63,272 bases of DNA, filler included, from Basidiobolus ranarum (GCA_040143965.1; 9 parts of 9 records of this genome joined end to end with filler, not necessarily neighbours in it), one strand, 5' to 3'; positions 50,666-63,272 are shown, counted from the whole stretch's first letter. Notes: generated by a model from the sequence alone, not told the origin. Numbers and translations are program-made.

Positions 50666-51186
50666 ATGATTATTGGTATTGGTGTGGACCTTGTACACTT
50701 ACCAAGGATACAAAAACTTCTTACCAAAAATCCTTACGCTTGTTTAAATTTTGCTCGTCGTGTATTATCCCCGGTAGAATTAACTGAGTTTCAGGATATC
50801 TCCCCTCAAGTTGATAAAGACCAGCATAAAGTAGATGACGAAGTAGTGAAATACTTAGGAACTAGGTAATGGTTTTATCCTTTCCCCAAGTTGAAGGAAA
50901 CGTTTTAAAGTCTTCTTTAGATTTGCCATTAAAGAGGCCACCTATAAAGCATTATTTCCCCAAGAAAAACTTACTTGGGATGAAGTGACGGTTTATAAAG
51001 TTGACGGTATATATATAGGCTCTCTTTTGAATCTTATCCATGCTAATTAACTATATGTTAATAGGGAAGCCCTATTTGGATATTCTGGATGCTGAAACTC
51101 GGGGCATTAAAAGTTCACATGTCTCCGTTTCTCATGATGGAGAGTATGCAATAGCTCAAGTTCTATTGGAAGGAGAAAAGGTGTAA
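50666..51186 (+). CDS. PPT2: AcpS-type 4'-phosphopantetheinyl transferase (Ppt2-like), 3 exons
   Basis: IIGIGVDLV..RI, YLGTRFAIKEATYKAL, GKPYL, HVSVSHDGEYAIAQV. Confidence 0.88.
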
Positions 51187-51585
51187 GTTCCAGGGTATCC
51201 ACCACCGCTCAAATTCTACACTAATATCGTCAGGGTTAAAGCTATCTTTGCATTGTACTCCACTCCTATCACTCCATTCATCATTGATCCCTTGAAATAA
51301 AATCATAGTATATTCATACCTCAAGTTCAACAGGGTTCGCGGTCTGCACATAAGCTGTCTTGTTCCATAGTTTGGTTACCACTAATGAATGTGCATGGAT
51401 ATAATTCATCGATTAATAATAAATGGCATTTATTTAGACGTGACTTTATTAGCCAAAAATTAGAAGTCTACTACTTCGAGATAACTTCAACAGTAGAGTA
51501 TACTAAATGATAAACGAAATTGATAACTAGCCAAATAAGTGCAAAGCAACAGGAGTGATGATCTTGATATATGACTTGGATTAAA

Positions 51586-52991
51586 TCATTCTCTATTGTT
51601 TCTGTACAAGGCCTCTTGCGTGACTTGCATTTCATCAATCTCGGGTGCGATCTCGGAGAGTAATTCGAAGCCTTGCTTATAGTAGGCGAGTTGTGCAGCA
51701 ACAAGGTCTGCCAAGTTGCGTAAAGGTTCAGGCTAATGAATTGTAATCCAAGAATTTGATTAGTTTCATTTGGATAATACACCAAGAATGTATAGGTTGC
51801 TTTGGAGAACTTACGGTTTCAATAACTGATCTCATCAAGCCCATTGCTTCATCCACTGCGGCGTGAAGTTCTTCCTCTGCTTGCTCAACTTCTAATTTGA
51901 TCTAAAATAATGTTTCTGTTAATATCTTCTATTAGGCTGAAAATGATACTCAAATAATAACTACTGCTTCGGTTTTCTCGGGTTTGGAATTCTTGAGGTT
52001 GTTCTTGAAAGCATCCAAGTTCAATCTGGTAGCGTACACTCTTTTGCGAGCTTTCTATAGATGGATTCGTTGAAATAATGGCCAGTATAATTAAATAAGT
52101 ACATAAACTAATCAATAGACCAAGTGTAAAAGTTGACCTACCAAAGCAAATTGAATATTGGTATTCAAGGTAGTATTGAAAGGTTGAATAAATCTCTTCA
52201 TAATATCATTGTCCTATTAAAAAATTCGCTAGTTAAGAAAGTGCTTGAATTCAGCCAAAAATAAGCAGAAAGTTTACCATCTTCAATCTTTCGTTACCCA
52301 ACTTCTCTTGTGTACTGGAGTATTTGAAAAGAGCAGCACCTGTAAGATGCAGAGGAATATCAATAAATAAAGGTATATATATCATGTAAATATTTGAGTA
52401 GCGTACCAAGTGGTTCCTCGAGACCTACTTCTTCAGCTCCTTGAGCAGAAGCACGAGATAGGGCATGACTCAAAGTCTTTGGGGCTTCCTCAGGCTCAGG
52501 ACCCGCCTGTTCATTTTCACCTAAAGCAACCTGTTTGAATTCCTTTACCAAAGTGCGAGATACATCGGCGATAGATTCTTGAAGTTGTGTAGGATAGTCG
52601 TAATCTTCAGACATGAAAACACGAGTAACTTTAAGAAGGTTAAGATGAACATTGCGAATAGCATCAACTTTCTATTAACATGACCGACAAAGTTGCAAAG
52701 ATGTACGAATACATAGAGATAAAGAAATAGATGAGTAAAAGAATATAGGATATTATTAGTTGAGTTTGAATACCTTCTCTAATTCAAGGTATTCTTGAGG
52801 AAGCTCGGTGATTTCACCAGCCCCACCAAATCTTTCTTGAGCAAGCTAGATTAGAGGTAGACTAAAGGTGAGAAGAAAAGTAATCTCGGTTTCATTTTCA
52901 CTAGGCTTACTTGTCTGGCTTGGCCAAAACCCTGAGTGAGTTTTCTAGCTAGTGGGTTTAGCTTTTGACTGAAGGAAGAAAAAGAGTCCAT
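51586..52991 (-). CDS. GVP36: BAR-domain protein Gvp36, multi-exon
   Basis: EITELPQEYLELEKKVD, EDYDYPTQLQES, PKTLSHALSRAS, EVEQAEEE..AVDEAMGLM, LADLVAAQLAYYK. Confidence 0.88.
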
Positions 52992-53254
52992 ACTTTGTTT
53001 GGGTAAGATACGTGGGTGATTTTCGAAGCTAGAAACTAGCAAATATAAGGCGAAAATGACTATGCTGACATAGTGCATACATGGAATTAAGATTCTACCA
53101 ATGACCAGTGATTAGCATGCAATAAATGGATAGTATAAGAATATTGGAGCATAACAAAAGAAAAGTAGGTTGAAAAGTAGGTTAAAAATCGAATCAAATC
53201 AAATCCAAATTTATTCAACAATATGATGAGCCAGCATCTGAATAAACATCTGGA

Positions 53255-53461
53255 TTAGATTTGCAGATCCAGTTTCTCAGCTTCTGAATCGTAAGTTGGG
53301 GGGAATGGAAAGCTGGAGTCCAGACTTACTGCATGCCAATCGATATTTTGTGTGGCTGGATTTGATGTTCCATTTAACTCCTGTTCAAAGATGGCCTCAA
53401 GTGCAAGTGCTCTACTTACCATACAAACGATGGATGATATGTACAATAAGTTACTTAACAT
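53255..53461 (-). CDS. Putative small secreted peptide (68 aa)
   Basis: Hydrophobic N-terminus ending ALA, acidic mature region, TATAAA ~60 nt upstream. Confidence 0.4.
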   Translation of the reverse strand: MLSNLLYISSIVCMVSRALALEAIFEQELNGTSNPATQNIDWHAVSLDSSFPFPPTYDSEAEKLDLQI

Positions 53462-53657
53462 GAGTGAAAGGAATGAAAACCAGTGGATTGTAGGTTTGCC
53501 TCTGGAGGCGAATTCTTTATTTATACCAGAGTCGCTAGTATCAGACCTGAAACGGGAGTATAGGATGATAAAACTGAATAGTAAAACCGGAGTATTTCTC
53601 GTGTCTGGGCAATCAAGTATTTATTATCAATGACGAAGACTACATGAAAGTAATAAC

Positions 53658-55906
53658 TTAATCGAGCTTCTTGGAACGGTAAAGGCAAATATACGCAATA
53701 TGCCAATCACCGCCACCCTCTAGCTTGCCAATCTCCTCTTGACTGACAATAGACACTTTATCATCATCATACTTTAGCCAATCATCTACAAATTACGTAT
53801 CATAAGGTAAGTCAAGAGTGCCAATGGTATACACAAAACAATGTTACTTACCGCTATCAGCCTGCTTTACCCAGGCAATATAATGACCAGAGTCGGCAGA
53901 TCTACCCATATGAGTCAACACTGCACAGAGCTCATACTGACCACTTGGGTTGCAGCCAATATCAGAGGCCAGGTCCTTGTGTATAATATCGTCAAAGGAT
54001 ACGACCTCCTTTACGGGATTGTCAACTTCCATTGCGCTACTGCTTTGAGCAGCGCCGCTTTCTGCGGTGCTTGGGTTGTTTTTTGTAACTTTTGCTTTAC
54101 GCTAAAAATGAAACCAATTAAAGTATGCTCTGGCGCTATATTAGGCTGTGTTTACGTACAATCTCGGCATCCCGCTTGTCTTCAATCTCCCTAAGTCTGT
54201 CCTTAACAGGAGCCATCTTTTCTTGTAGATCGAGTGTGCAAAATTGAGTCATATCCAAGTCAAAGGGGAATTTGACTCTCTATAAATTCGAAAACTTTAG
54301 TAATGCTGCATATCAATGAACTCTAAATGTTGTCATTTACTCTCAGAATTTTAGTCTTGATGCGCTCAGTAGGCTTCCAGAAGAATCTTACAAAGTTAAC
54401 TGCAAGGTATGCTGGCAAACGACTAACTTTAGATGATTTCGTGTATGAAGCGGAGCGATTCAATGAGGGTGAATTCTTCTCAATTTTTTGCTCAAGACCC
54501 TGCAAAAACTGCTTAGTTGGATTCAAAAACAGCATAATCTATTCACACTAACCTCGGTGATACCCTGTTGCATGAAATTGGTTTCTATTCCAAAGAAAAA
54601 GAGGATGAATTGATAGCCATTACACGATACAGCATAAAGAATTCTTACGTCCTGAGATGAAGCAATCCAATTTGGAGAATTGCTCTGCAGAGATAGAGGG
54701 CTCTTCCTCGGGATTTTCATCGCATTTCAGACTAGAAGTCAATGAGTATGTTGTACGAAAGACGCTCTCAAATTTGAATATTCTTACGTTGTGGTGAACT
54801 CTCCATACATATACTGATCAACAAAATTCTGGGCATCTGTGGAAGAACCCAGCTTTTCTTTTAAAACTGAAACTAAAGAAGTCCAACATTCTTCGGCATC
54901 TTGTTGCATAAAAATTCCTCCTGCTTCCTGTTGAGAGAATTTTGGGTATACTGTTCTCAGCATCTGAAGAAATACTAATGGTGCTATGCTGTCACCCGAT
55001 TGATCGAGTTGTTTAAATAGATCTCTCAGTGAAGCTACGAGATTATTCGAAGGATCAACACCTCCAACAACGTTGCCATTAAACCTATATTCAACATATT
55101 TGAGTTTGATGGCTTTGATTACAAGATTAATAGGCGGAAATTACTGGTTTAGAGATTCCTTCAACTCTGGCATTACTCGGAGGCATTGTAAAGTTGAATT
55201 CTAAATGGCCGAGGTGATAAATAAGAGAGGCGGAAGGCTTCGAATGCATATAAACATAACCAACCATATAACACGTGTTTCCAAGGTTTTGAAGTCCCAT
55301 CGGCACTTCAAGCTAGTAGTAAAATTTAGAAAAGCTGTGCGGCAAAAATATAAATTAAAGTTCACATACAGCGCGAGCGAGCTCGTTATCAGACATATCT
55401 TCCATAAATACAACAGGCTTTTCAGGGGCTTTTGGAAGTTCGCCGGCAGTACCCATCATCTTAATTTGGATTTATAACCAAGCTTTTAAAGATAGATAAC
55501 AATTGTAAATGTTTACCATGAATGTGTGACCCTTAAAAGAAATGTCAACCACTGTATCAGTAAATAAATAAATAACGTAATGTACATACTGGTTTGAGAT
55601 TGAGTTTGTTGAGATCAGTGTCATCCTGAGAAAATAACCATCAGTATCAAAATATCCACACTAAAAACTCTCAATATTAGCTATCAACCTTCAAAGTACC
55701 TCCCTTAACGAGGATTTTCTGTCGCTCTGGTTCGACCCCTGTTAAAGTATATAACTGGGTCTTGAACAAAGCTGGAGATTCATCCGGGTTGAGTTCAATA
55801 TTCTCGAATTTTTTACCAGCCCACTTTACGTTAACTATGAAGTGAATATTTAGTATCGTGGCAAACCAAACGACCTCAACAGCCCACTACCTTGCAAGAC
55901 TGGCAT
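53658..55906 (-). CDS. UBP6: Proteasome-associated deubiquitinase Ubp6/USP14, many exons including a 15-nt micro-exon (55517-55531)
   Basis: UBL VNVKWAGKKF..TGVEPERQKILVKGG; Cys box GLQNLGNTCYMNSTLQ; QQDAEECW; His box THMGRSADSGHY; GGGDWHIAY. Confidence 0.95.
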
Positions 55907-56247
55907 TTTGTCAGGAGCTTAAATGTGTATTATGAAGAAACAAAGAATAGGAAAACTCCTATATACAATACTACCACAAACTCCTCGATGATTATCTCAA
56001 ATTTTCTATAATGGCACTTAATCCAACTACGCAAACGCGAGCCAATCAAGTCCCGTATACCGGCTTGAGCTTACGTATGATAAAATGAACATAGCATGAA
56101 ATTCAGATACGATCTAATGTGGATCTAGCAACATGAGATCAGGGAATCAGGAAAATATATACTAAATTGTGAAGATTAGCCGTTATGTTGCGTTGCGTTC
56201 CGTATCCCGAAGTAGATTGATAATGCAATGGTGATTGCATAAGCAAG

Positions 56248-56347
56248 NNNNNNNNNNNNNNNNNNNNNNNNNNNNNNNNNNNNNNNNNNNNTTAATTAAT
56301 TAANNNNNNNNNNNNNNNNNNNNNNNNNNNNNNNNNNNNNNNNNNNN
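56248..56347. other. Artificial contig-joining spacer
   Basis: N/TTAATTAATTAA/N. Confidence 0.98.
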
Positions 56348-56692
56348 CCCCCGCCCCCGCCGGGCGGCGCCGCTCGGGCCGGCGCCAATTGGGTAAATAG
56401 ATTGTTTCGAACATGGAAAAGGCGCATATTTACAAAAGTACAAAACCATCGAATAATATTGTGTTTGTGAGGATTATCTGTGTGTAGGAAATAAACGGAG
56501 GTGAGGGGGGGGGTATTGTAAATTTAATGGGAAAATTTTCGGTTCATTAAACGTTAATCAAAACGTCACTTCTAAGAAGAACCACAAAACTATCTCCCCC
56601 CCCATTGTAATTGTAAAATAAGTGTTCTTAACTTAAATGGTTACATATAGATATTATGAGGGTTTGCTTTGAAACGAGTTACACACTTCAAG

Positions 56693-59600
56693 CTAAGGAG
56701 TCGACGGTGATTGCGGTGACGTAGTAGACGGCAAGAGTGCCAACCTTTCTAGAGTGAATTCTTCGATACAATCATGTATATAGTCGTTGTAAATGGTTAC
56801 AGCATCTCCAAAATGCTCAAAAAGACGTTCTTTCACATCTCTTCTTGTTATAGCGTTGAGGTTAGCCTCCTTTAGAAAGTAATAAATTTCTTCTCGTAAT
56901 AAACGTTGTACCAACGCCACCTTCGACCCAGTAGTAGTTCCGTTTAAAAGATGTGAGTGGTCCCGGTTAGAGCTACGGTCGCTTTCTGGTCTCGAACTAG
57001 GCTGGGACTCAGCGTCGTTAGTGACTGCATCCAGTTGATGGGAATAGTAGGAAAAGGTTCGTGAGGATCTGGTATAGTCAGTACTGTATTCAGACTGCAT
57101 CATGGAGCTAGAAGTGACATGGGAAAGACGACCTGGAGATTTCGGTGAACAACTCAAAGAAAGTGGAACATTACTATCGAGGTTCTTGTTGGATGCGCTG
57201 CTAAAGTGATGCTCTTTTTTTACTTTACTCCGTGAAGAATGTTCAATTTGGGGTATACTGATCAAAATTTCTTCTGCTCTTTGGTCTACATGTTTCGCTA
57301 GATTGGCCATGTCCTCTGGACGATCAGATTGAAGCTGTGAGGTGGCACTAGAAAGAGTAGTGGTATCTCCTAAAGAAATCAGTCGCTGCGGGTGTCCGTA
57401 ATGCACCTCTTCCAACAAAGAATCATCATCCTCATCCTCATTCTCCAATTCATCGTATTCAGCGATAGTCAATAAAGAGATTTGCATGCTGACTTTGTAT
57501 TGACTATTAGTGTCGTCAAGGATTCCATGTTTGCGGCGGATAGATTTCGAGTTTGTCTTCACCGTATCCACCCACATACAATTATCACTGTACCATAAAG
57601 AGTACAATGGTATCACGAAGCAATAAAAGGGAAGGGAGAAGATGATCGAGAACACCAGCCAGAAGATGGTGCCAAGTTGACCTCGAACGGCCAGCATCAT
57701 AGCATTGAAACCAAACATGCAGATGAGAGAAGTCCCCACGATCAAATAAGCAGTCTCATCAGTGACTACACTTCGAATGATCACGTAATACAAATATCCT
57801 AGAAATACTGGCATAAACATGTAGCTCAGTAATTTCATCACTGTGATAAATTGATAGATCGATCCCAGCAAAGTCTTCCCATAGACGCGAGCGAGCTCAA
57901 AGTAGCTATGGAATGCAGCACTCGTGATTCTTCCTTGTTGTCCGAGGAACACGGAGAACCTTGGGGTAAGTTTGGTGTAGCATATGGCAGAACTTTCGAA
58001 GCCGAACCGAAGATGTGGGAAAGCCTTGAGCAAGATGACCGAGAAAAAGGAATCTTCTCCTAACAGAAGAGTGTTGCGCATGTGCATCGTGTTTGGCCTG
58101 GGGGTACTGAATCCAATGATGGTGGTGGTATCTACTACGCATGGTTTGTTGTCGGGGTATTTGATTCTGTACATGGTGCACGGACCGTGCAGAAATGTCA
58201 CTCCCCCTATCATAGACTCAAAGGCAGGTTTAACATAATGGCTCATGAAGAAGGGATACACTTGCAGCATGGTGGCGAAAGAATCAGTTGGATTGGATGG
58301 TTTGGCGTGACCTGAGATTGCCATCAGTCCTTGGTCGTTCTCCATTCTAGCTATGAGTCGAGACAGTGTTCCTCCACCAATGTTAGTATCAGCATCCAGC
58401 ACTAGAGCATATTGGAATGAGCGAGGATCTACACCGATGACGTGGTTAATGTGATGGTATAGTTCGTATTCTAAAGGCGTCAATTTGTTGTCAGGATCCA
58501 AAAGACCCTCCAGAAAGTTCCACATGACAAGGATAGAGTCTCTTTTCCCACGATTTCCCGAGTTACGAATCTCCATGGGATTTCCGTATTTGACAACCAC
58601 TACGTAACCGATACGGTGAGTTCCACATTCGTAAAACCCTGAATAAACCTTTGCCAGATTGATGTTCTTGTTGCCTTCCCCCAGAGAAATGTACGCCTTT
58701 AGATCGGGCTCAGGGCCACTGAATCCCAAAATATCCAAAACAATCTGATGAGTACTCATTGTGTTTCCAGGAGCAGTGAAGATCCCATCACAGATGACCA
58801 TAAGTAGCTTGCTACTGTCATGGCAATCGGATCTCGCTACGCTATCAAAGCTCAACTTGAGTGTCTGTTGATCTTCACAATAACAAGGGACCATCACAAT
58901 GCACGTAGAGGATGGGTGGATTTTACTTTTATCGGGAAACATCAGTAAAGAGGCTACAGTGCATATGGTTAGGAACAAGAAGGGAAGTCCAAACGTTACC
59001 CAAAGAATAGGATTAAATGCTCCACATTGAGGTAGAACCGTCTCTTTAACCGAACCCTTGTAGAAAAGCTTGTCCATACAACGTAAGTAAACTTCCCCTT
59101 GCGCTAACCGACTAAAAGGCCCAGTGGCGTCCTCCCCAACATGCTCGAAGATAAGCTCGGTCACCTCACGGGGGAATAAAAGCGAATCTGGATCAATCCC
59201 CTTCGGATTCCAGGACCTGAAAGATGAGCCGGTGGTGGAAGAGTATTTTATAAAGTCAGACATATCGTAGAGGTGGCCATTAACAATCATGTAGGCCAAT
59301 TGCGGCAGGGTCGGATCATTATTTCCAAGTATAGAGTAATCAAACACAAGATCTGTAATGCAAAAACCATCAGTCTAGGAATGGCCGCGGCCCAAGCAAT
59401 ATTGCAAACTCACCTCCAATAGTTGCCTTGGCAACCTCATGTCGAACGGAGGCATTATAGAAACAGTGAGTGGAGGATTTACTGCGATCGGTAGGGCTTG
59501 GACATTCAGTCAATTTTTGGTTGGTTACCAGATAACCTGGATCATTGAAGATTCTCTTCTCCAACCAATTGTCCGCTCTTGTGAGGTTTTGAATGCATCG

Positions 59601-60399
59601 ATTGATTTCGGGATCTGGGTACTCAGTCGCACCCTTGGTACGAGCGAGTAAGGTAAAGGATGGAAACATGAGTGACACATCCTTACCCAAATACCGTCTC
59701 ACCTCTTCTCCTACGACAGAGACAGAGTGTGACAAATCTACAACTTTACCATTGATCGCTACGTATTTGGAACCTCCAAGAACCTCAGGCGAGAACAAGT
59801 TGTAGGGAGTACAGAATGTAAATGGAACAAACTCCACCCAGACAACAAACAGCAATGATACGATAGCAACAAAGAGAAACAGGGTGATTTTCTCTCGTAG
59901 TGACTGTCTAGAATCTAAGGGGAAATTTAGTTAGTGATACAATGGCAAACCCTGATTGAGCAGGACACATACCAACGCTTTTCTTTCCACCCAGCTTCAG
60001 TAACATATCGGGTATGAAGAAAGTGAAGATCTTGGAGATGAGTAGCCAGTATCGTCGAGCTTTGGATGCTTTGGGGAACTTTTTCCCGTTGGATAGTTCC
60101 CGAGATAACTCCATGGAGTTTTTCGAGCCTTTCCTAAGAGATCCCACCTCGGGTTGTGGAAAAAAGAACTTCTCATTGGCACTGGGCTCAAAGAACAAGT
60201 CTTTCTTTTGTGTATCCCATGGGTTGTAGTTAGTGTCGGTTTGGGACGAGTAATCAGTCCCTTGTTGTGAATCAGAAAAGGGGTCAGAATAGGTAGTGGT
60301 GGAGCTAGCATATTTGGGGTCACTATCTGGGGAACCTCCATTACCCCTCAAATGGCGATATAAGGAGGGTTTACTATATTTTTTGTTCTCAGGTGCCAT
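56693..60399 (-). CDS. Division-2 (class V/VII-like) chitin synthase homologue with cytochrome-b5-like region, GT2 domain, TM helices and C-terminal DEK-C; catalytic motifs degenerate; 3 exons, ~1195 aa
   Basis: Exons 60399-59973, 59914-59414, 59352-56693 (3588 nt, in frame); MVPCYCE, ICDG, NLAKVYSGFYE, GNRGKRDS, LVLDADT; DEK-C-like LKEANLNAITRRDVKERLFEHF. Confidence 0.9.
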
Positions 60400-61370
60400 A
60401 AGGACCAGGGAATGAAAGATTATCGACTAGAGGATAATATGTTGTCAGTATACTTAGGGCTAGATGGACATGCTCAGGATACAAAACCTGATTTGTGCTT
60501 AGCCAATATTTTATTAGAGTGAGGTTGGCAAGAAAGATGAAGTGGGAAATGGATGAGTAACATCAGACACTAGGATATATATAGAAGTTCCACTCGCTTC
60601 TTCTTAATGGCTGATGCATTGACAAGTGATTCGATCATATGATCTCTTCTTCTTCTGCCCCCCACACTGCCACTGTTTGCCACCACGCTGTTAGGAAAGT
60701 ACGGAACATTACTCGGCTTCTCATCCAACATCAGATGCACTGGCAATGTTTGATGCGACTGTGGACTGATTCGAACGCCAAGATGTGCAGCTCACCATCT
60801 GGGCCTTTGCCTTTGTTAATTCAAATTTCCGTTTCTGATTCCGATCTGCGTCATCCAAACTTCCGATATTGATTCGACTATTTACCCGAGGTTTGAAGCT
60901 TGTCCTTTATATGGAATAGGCTTATTACCGCTTGGACTTGCATGGACGTAAACGTTGCTTATATTTAACCATCTTTGACTAACTCCGATTCATTTATACA
61001 TGAATCTATGATTTGGTGACTAAGGATTTATGCTAACTAGAAGTTCAACATCTTGATAGATTGCATTCTAAATTATCAGACAACACCGCTTGAATATCAC
61101 TTTCTCTCAATGCAGATAATTTGTGAGCATATTAAAATGGACGTAAAGTTTATTAGCTCAACTAAGAAACAAATAAGAAAAGTACAAAAGCATTAGAAGA
61201 AATATGGTACATACTATAGATATTAATCAGAATGGAGATTCATGAATAAAACTTTTCAATCCAAAACAAATCTTAGAATACATTGAAATCACCAAAATAT
61301 TGATTGCAAGAGAAGAGAGAGAGGGGGGCACAAACGGAGGGTCGAAGGTGAGGTGAATGAAAGAGGATAC

Positions 61371-62375
61371 TCAGAAGAATCCTTCGTTCTCTTCTTGAAT
61401 AGGCCCAGAATGCTGGAATTGTGCGCCGGAAGCAAGATTGCGTGATGTTGATTCTGTAGCAGGAGCTGTTGTTGTCGCGGTTGCAGATTCAAGCTCAGAT
61501 ATAGTAGGGATATGTGTTTGCCTATGTGCAAACAAGCTCATTCGTCTAGCAAGAGCTGCACGTTCATGCTCTCGACCATGCTCAACATCGATAGGAATAG
61601 ATCCACGTCGAACAGAAAAGCTAGGGAATGGTTGCGCTTCATGGGCTGCTAACAAAGAAGGGCCAGATGTAATCTGTGTTGTAGAGCTTCTGGGTGATGA
61701 GTCTCTGGAAGAAAGTCCACTATTGTAATTTAATCTAGTCATTGCTGCTTGCCGCTGTAACAAAGCTGATAGATACTGCGCATTATCCCGAGAAAGTCTC
61801 CGACCCATATGTGGCCGCACAGGAGACGGTATCTGTCGAGAAGTATTACCAGAAGCATCAGGAATTGCAGTAGAGCGTGGACTCAAGTGAGTACCATCAG
61901 TAGTATTACGTGTAGGGGGTAATACTTGGAAGATTGAGCTCGAGCTGGTGCGTCGACGTTGAGGTAGAGGTTCTGACTCGAGTTCTGTTTGTTGAAAGCG
62001 TTTCTTTCGGTGTCGTTGTGCAGTATCCTGCAAAAGAAGTACAACGATTAAATACAGGCATGTAAATAAACGAGTACAGTAAAATGACTACTTTGACTAG
62101 AAATCCAAATAAACGACCTATAAAATGGTCGTTTTCATCGAAAGCTTCTACAAAACTCTGGTAGCTTAAGGGTGGTACGGCCTTGATAATTGTGACAATA
62201 AAAAGGTAAATACAACTGTGTAGCGAGAGAGAGGGTGTCTTTTCCTTCAGTAACCATCAAAAACCAAGTCTCAACATACGTTATCTTTCTCACTCTTCTC
62301 CGAAACCTCTTCAAATAATTTCTTTACTTTTCTTATCAACTCTTCATCATACGATCTCTCTGCCCATTTTCCCAT
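61371..62375 (-). CDS. Hypothetical fungal protein with disordered C-terminus, 3 exons
   Basis: MGKWAERSYDEELIRK..KDN | AVPPLSYQSFVEAFDENDHFIGRLFGFLVK | DTAQRHRKKR..; GT-AG introns keep frame. Confidence 0.7.
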
Positions 62376-62901
62376 CTCCAAGTATGTCACTGTTGGTAGA
62401 GTTAGAAAGTGGAATTGAGAGTAAGGATATAAAACAATAAGGAAGCTTAGTCACTACCTCAACGAGAGTCCAGTACTTGATCAAAACGAATTTTGCCGAT
62501 GGAGAAAAAATCCATAGTCATTTGATAATGGAAAAAGGATCGGTTACTTAGCAAGTTTCTCACTCTTGCACCCACTGACTGATCAATATTGTACCATCCA
62601 CCTGCCATAATGTGACTATTCGTACGAGGAATCTAGGCTATTTAATTATCGATTTTAATATGGATATTCAGGAACTCTCGACAGCTATTGGATACGAGTT
62701 GTTTATTAGTGGAAAGGGAATTAAATTAATATAAGAATATCCACGCAAATGAGTTTTAATGATGTGGGACAGGGGAGCTCATATCTGAACATTTACATAA
62801 GAAAGACTGAGCGATGTTGAGGGGAGTGAGTGGGAGAGTGAGAGTGAGTGTGAGTATATAGGAGTGAATGCGGGGATTGAGTCGAATCCAGCTGACGTCT
62901 C

Positions 62902-63246
62902 TTAACTGACATAGATGTTAATAACCATGGCCAATTCAGACCTTGTCTCTTGGTTTGTCCGATTTTCAAATGCCATTTGAACATCCTCGTCAGTGTTGAT
63001 TAGAATCAAATCGTTCTCCTCGTCCTTGTACTTTATCCTCAACTTGCTCTCCAGTTTCGTTCCAGAGCACAGATGGATCTTCTTCTCCACTTTTTTCAGC
63101 AGATCACCAAAGGTGACGCTCGATGGTACAACAAGCATGAATGAGTCCTCATGGTAATTGATCCGTACGCGGATATTGGTGGGATGGCTGTGGATGTTGG
63201 GGGTGGAGGCGCTTCTTTTTTGCCTATAAGTTTGGTCAGCTAACAA
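62902..63246 (-). CDS. Terminal exon encoding a PB1 domain (Cdc24/Scd1-like), 5'-truncated
   Basis: IRVRINYHEDSFMLVVP..LRIKYKDEENDLILINTDEDVQMAF (OPCA motif) at the C-terminus. Confidence 0.75.
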   Translation of the reverse strand: MLADQTYRQKRSASTPNIHSHPTNIRVRINYHEDSFMLVVPSSVTFGDLLKKVEKKIHLCSGTKLESKLRIKYKDEENDLILINTDEDVQMAFENRTNQETRSELAMVINIYVS

Positions 63247-63272
63247 ATAGGATTTCTCCAGCCCATGATGCT

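Noticed and set aside
21164-51186. ACC1 + phosphopantetheinyl transferase as a lipid/secondary-metabolite cluster
   Set aside because: They lie on different, artificially joined contigs
56348-56390. GC-rich stretch at contig start (and odd low-complexity tract at 7060-7180)
   Set aside because: Probably low-quality or vector-derived read ends

Overview
Eukaryotic (fungal) genomic DNA. Intron-rich genes, a U12-type intron, division-2 chitin synthase and the GPCR/PAS families suggest an early-diverging fungus (Zoopagomycota/Mucoromycota, e.g. Basidiobolus-like; this is inference). The window is not one locus: it is nine ~6.9-kb contigs in strictly decreasing length order, joined by artificial 100-nt N/TTAATTAATTAA/N spacers, so synteny holds only within a contig. 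Contents by contig: (1) DCP2 plus seven tRNA genes; (2) a GPI-type protein and class III ADH; (3) a Ser/Thr GPI protein, an intronless GAF hybrid histidine kinase and Copia debris; (4) ACC1 3' part, a SWIRM protein, NudC and a hexokinase end; (5) a divergent Ras, HIS1 and LTR debris; (6) a hypothetical gene and a PAS-like protein; (7) LTR debris, an alpha-arrestin, a 7TM receptor and TSC1 5' part; (8) TRM10, PPT2, GVP36 and UBP6; (9) a chitin-synthase-like gene, a hypothetical gene and a PB1 3' exon. Highlights: a full-length chitin synthase homologue with several catalytic signatures changed (candidate pseudoenzyme); an AT-AC minor-spliceosome intron in DCP2; a Dcp2 tail built from an 84/168-nt repeat alternating intact and proline-broken leucine motifs; a bacterial-looking intronless hybrid kinase; and a self-nesting, CpG-depleted Copia family whose primer site matches the anticodon arm of initiator tRNA.
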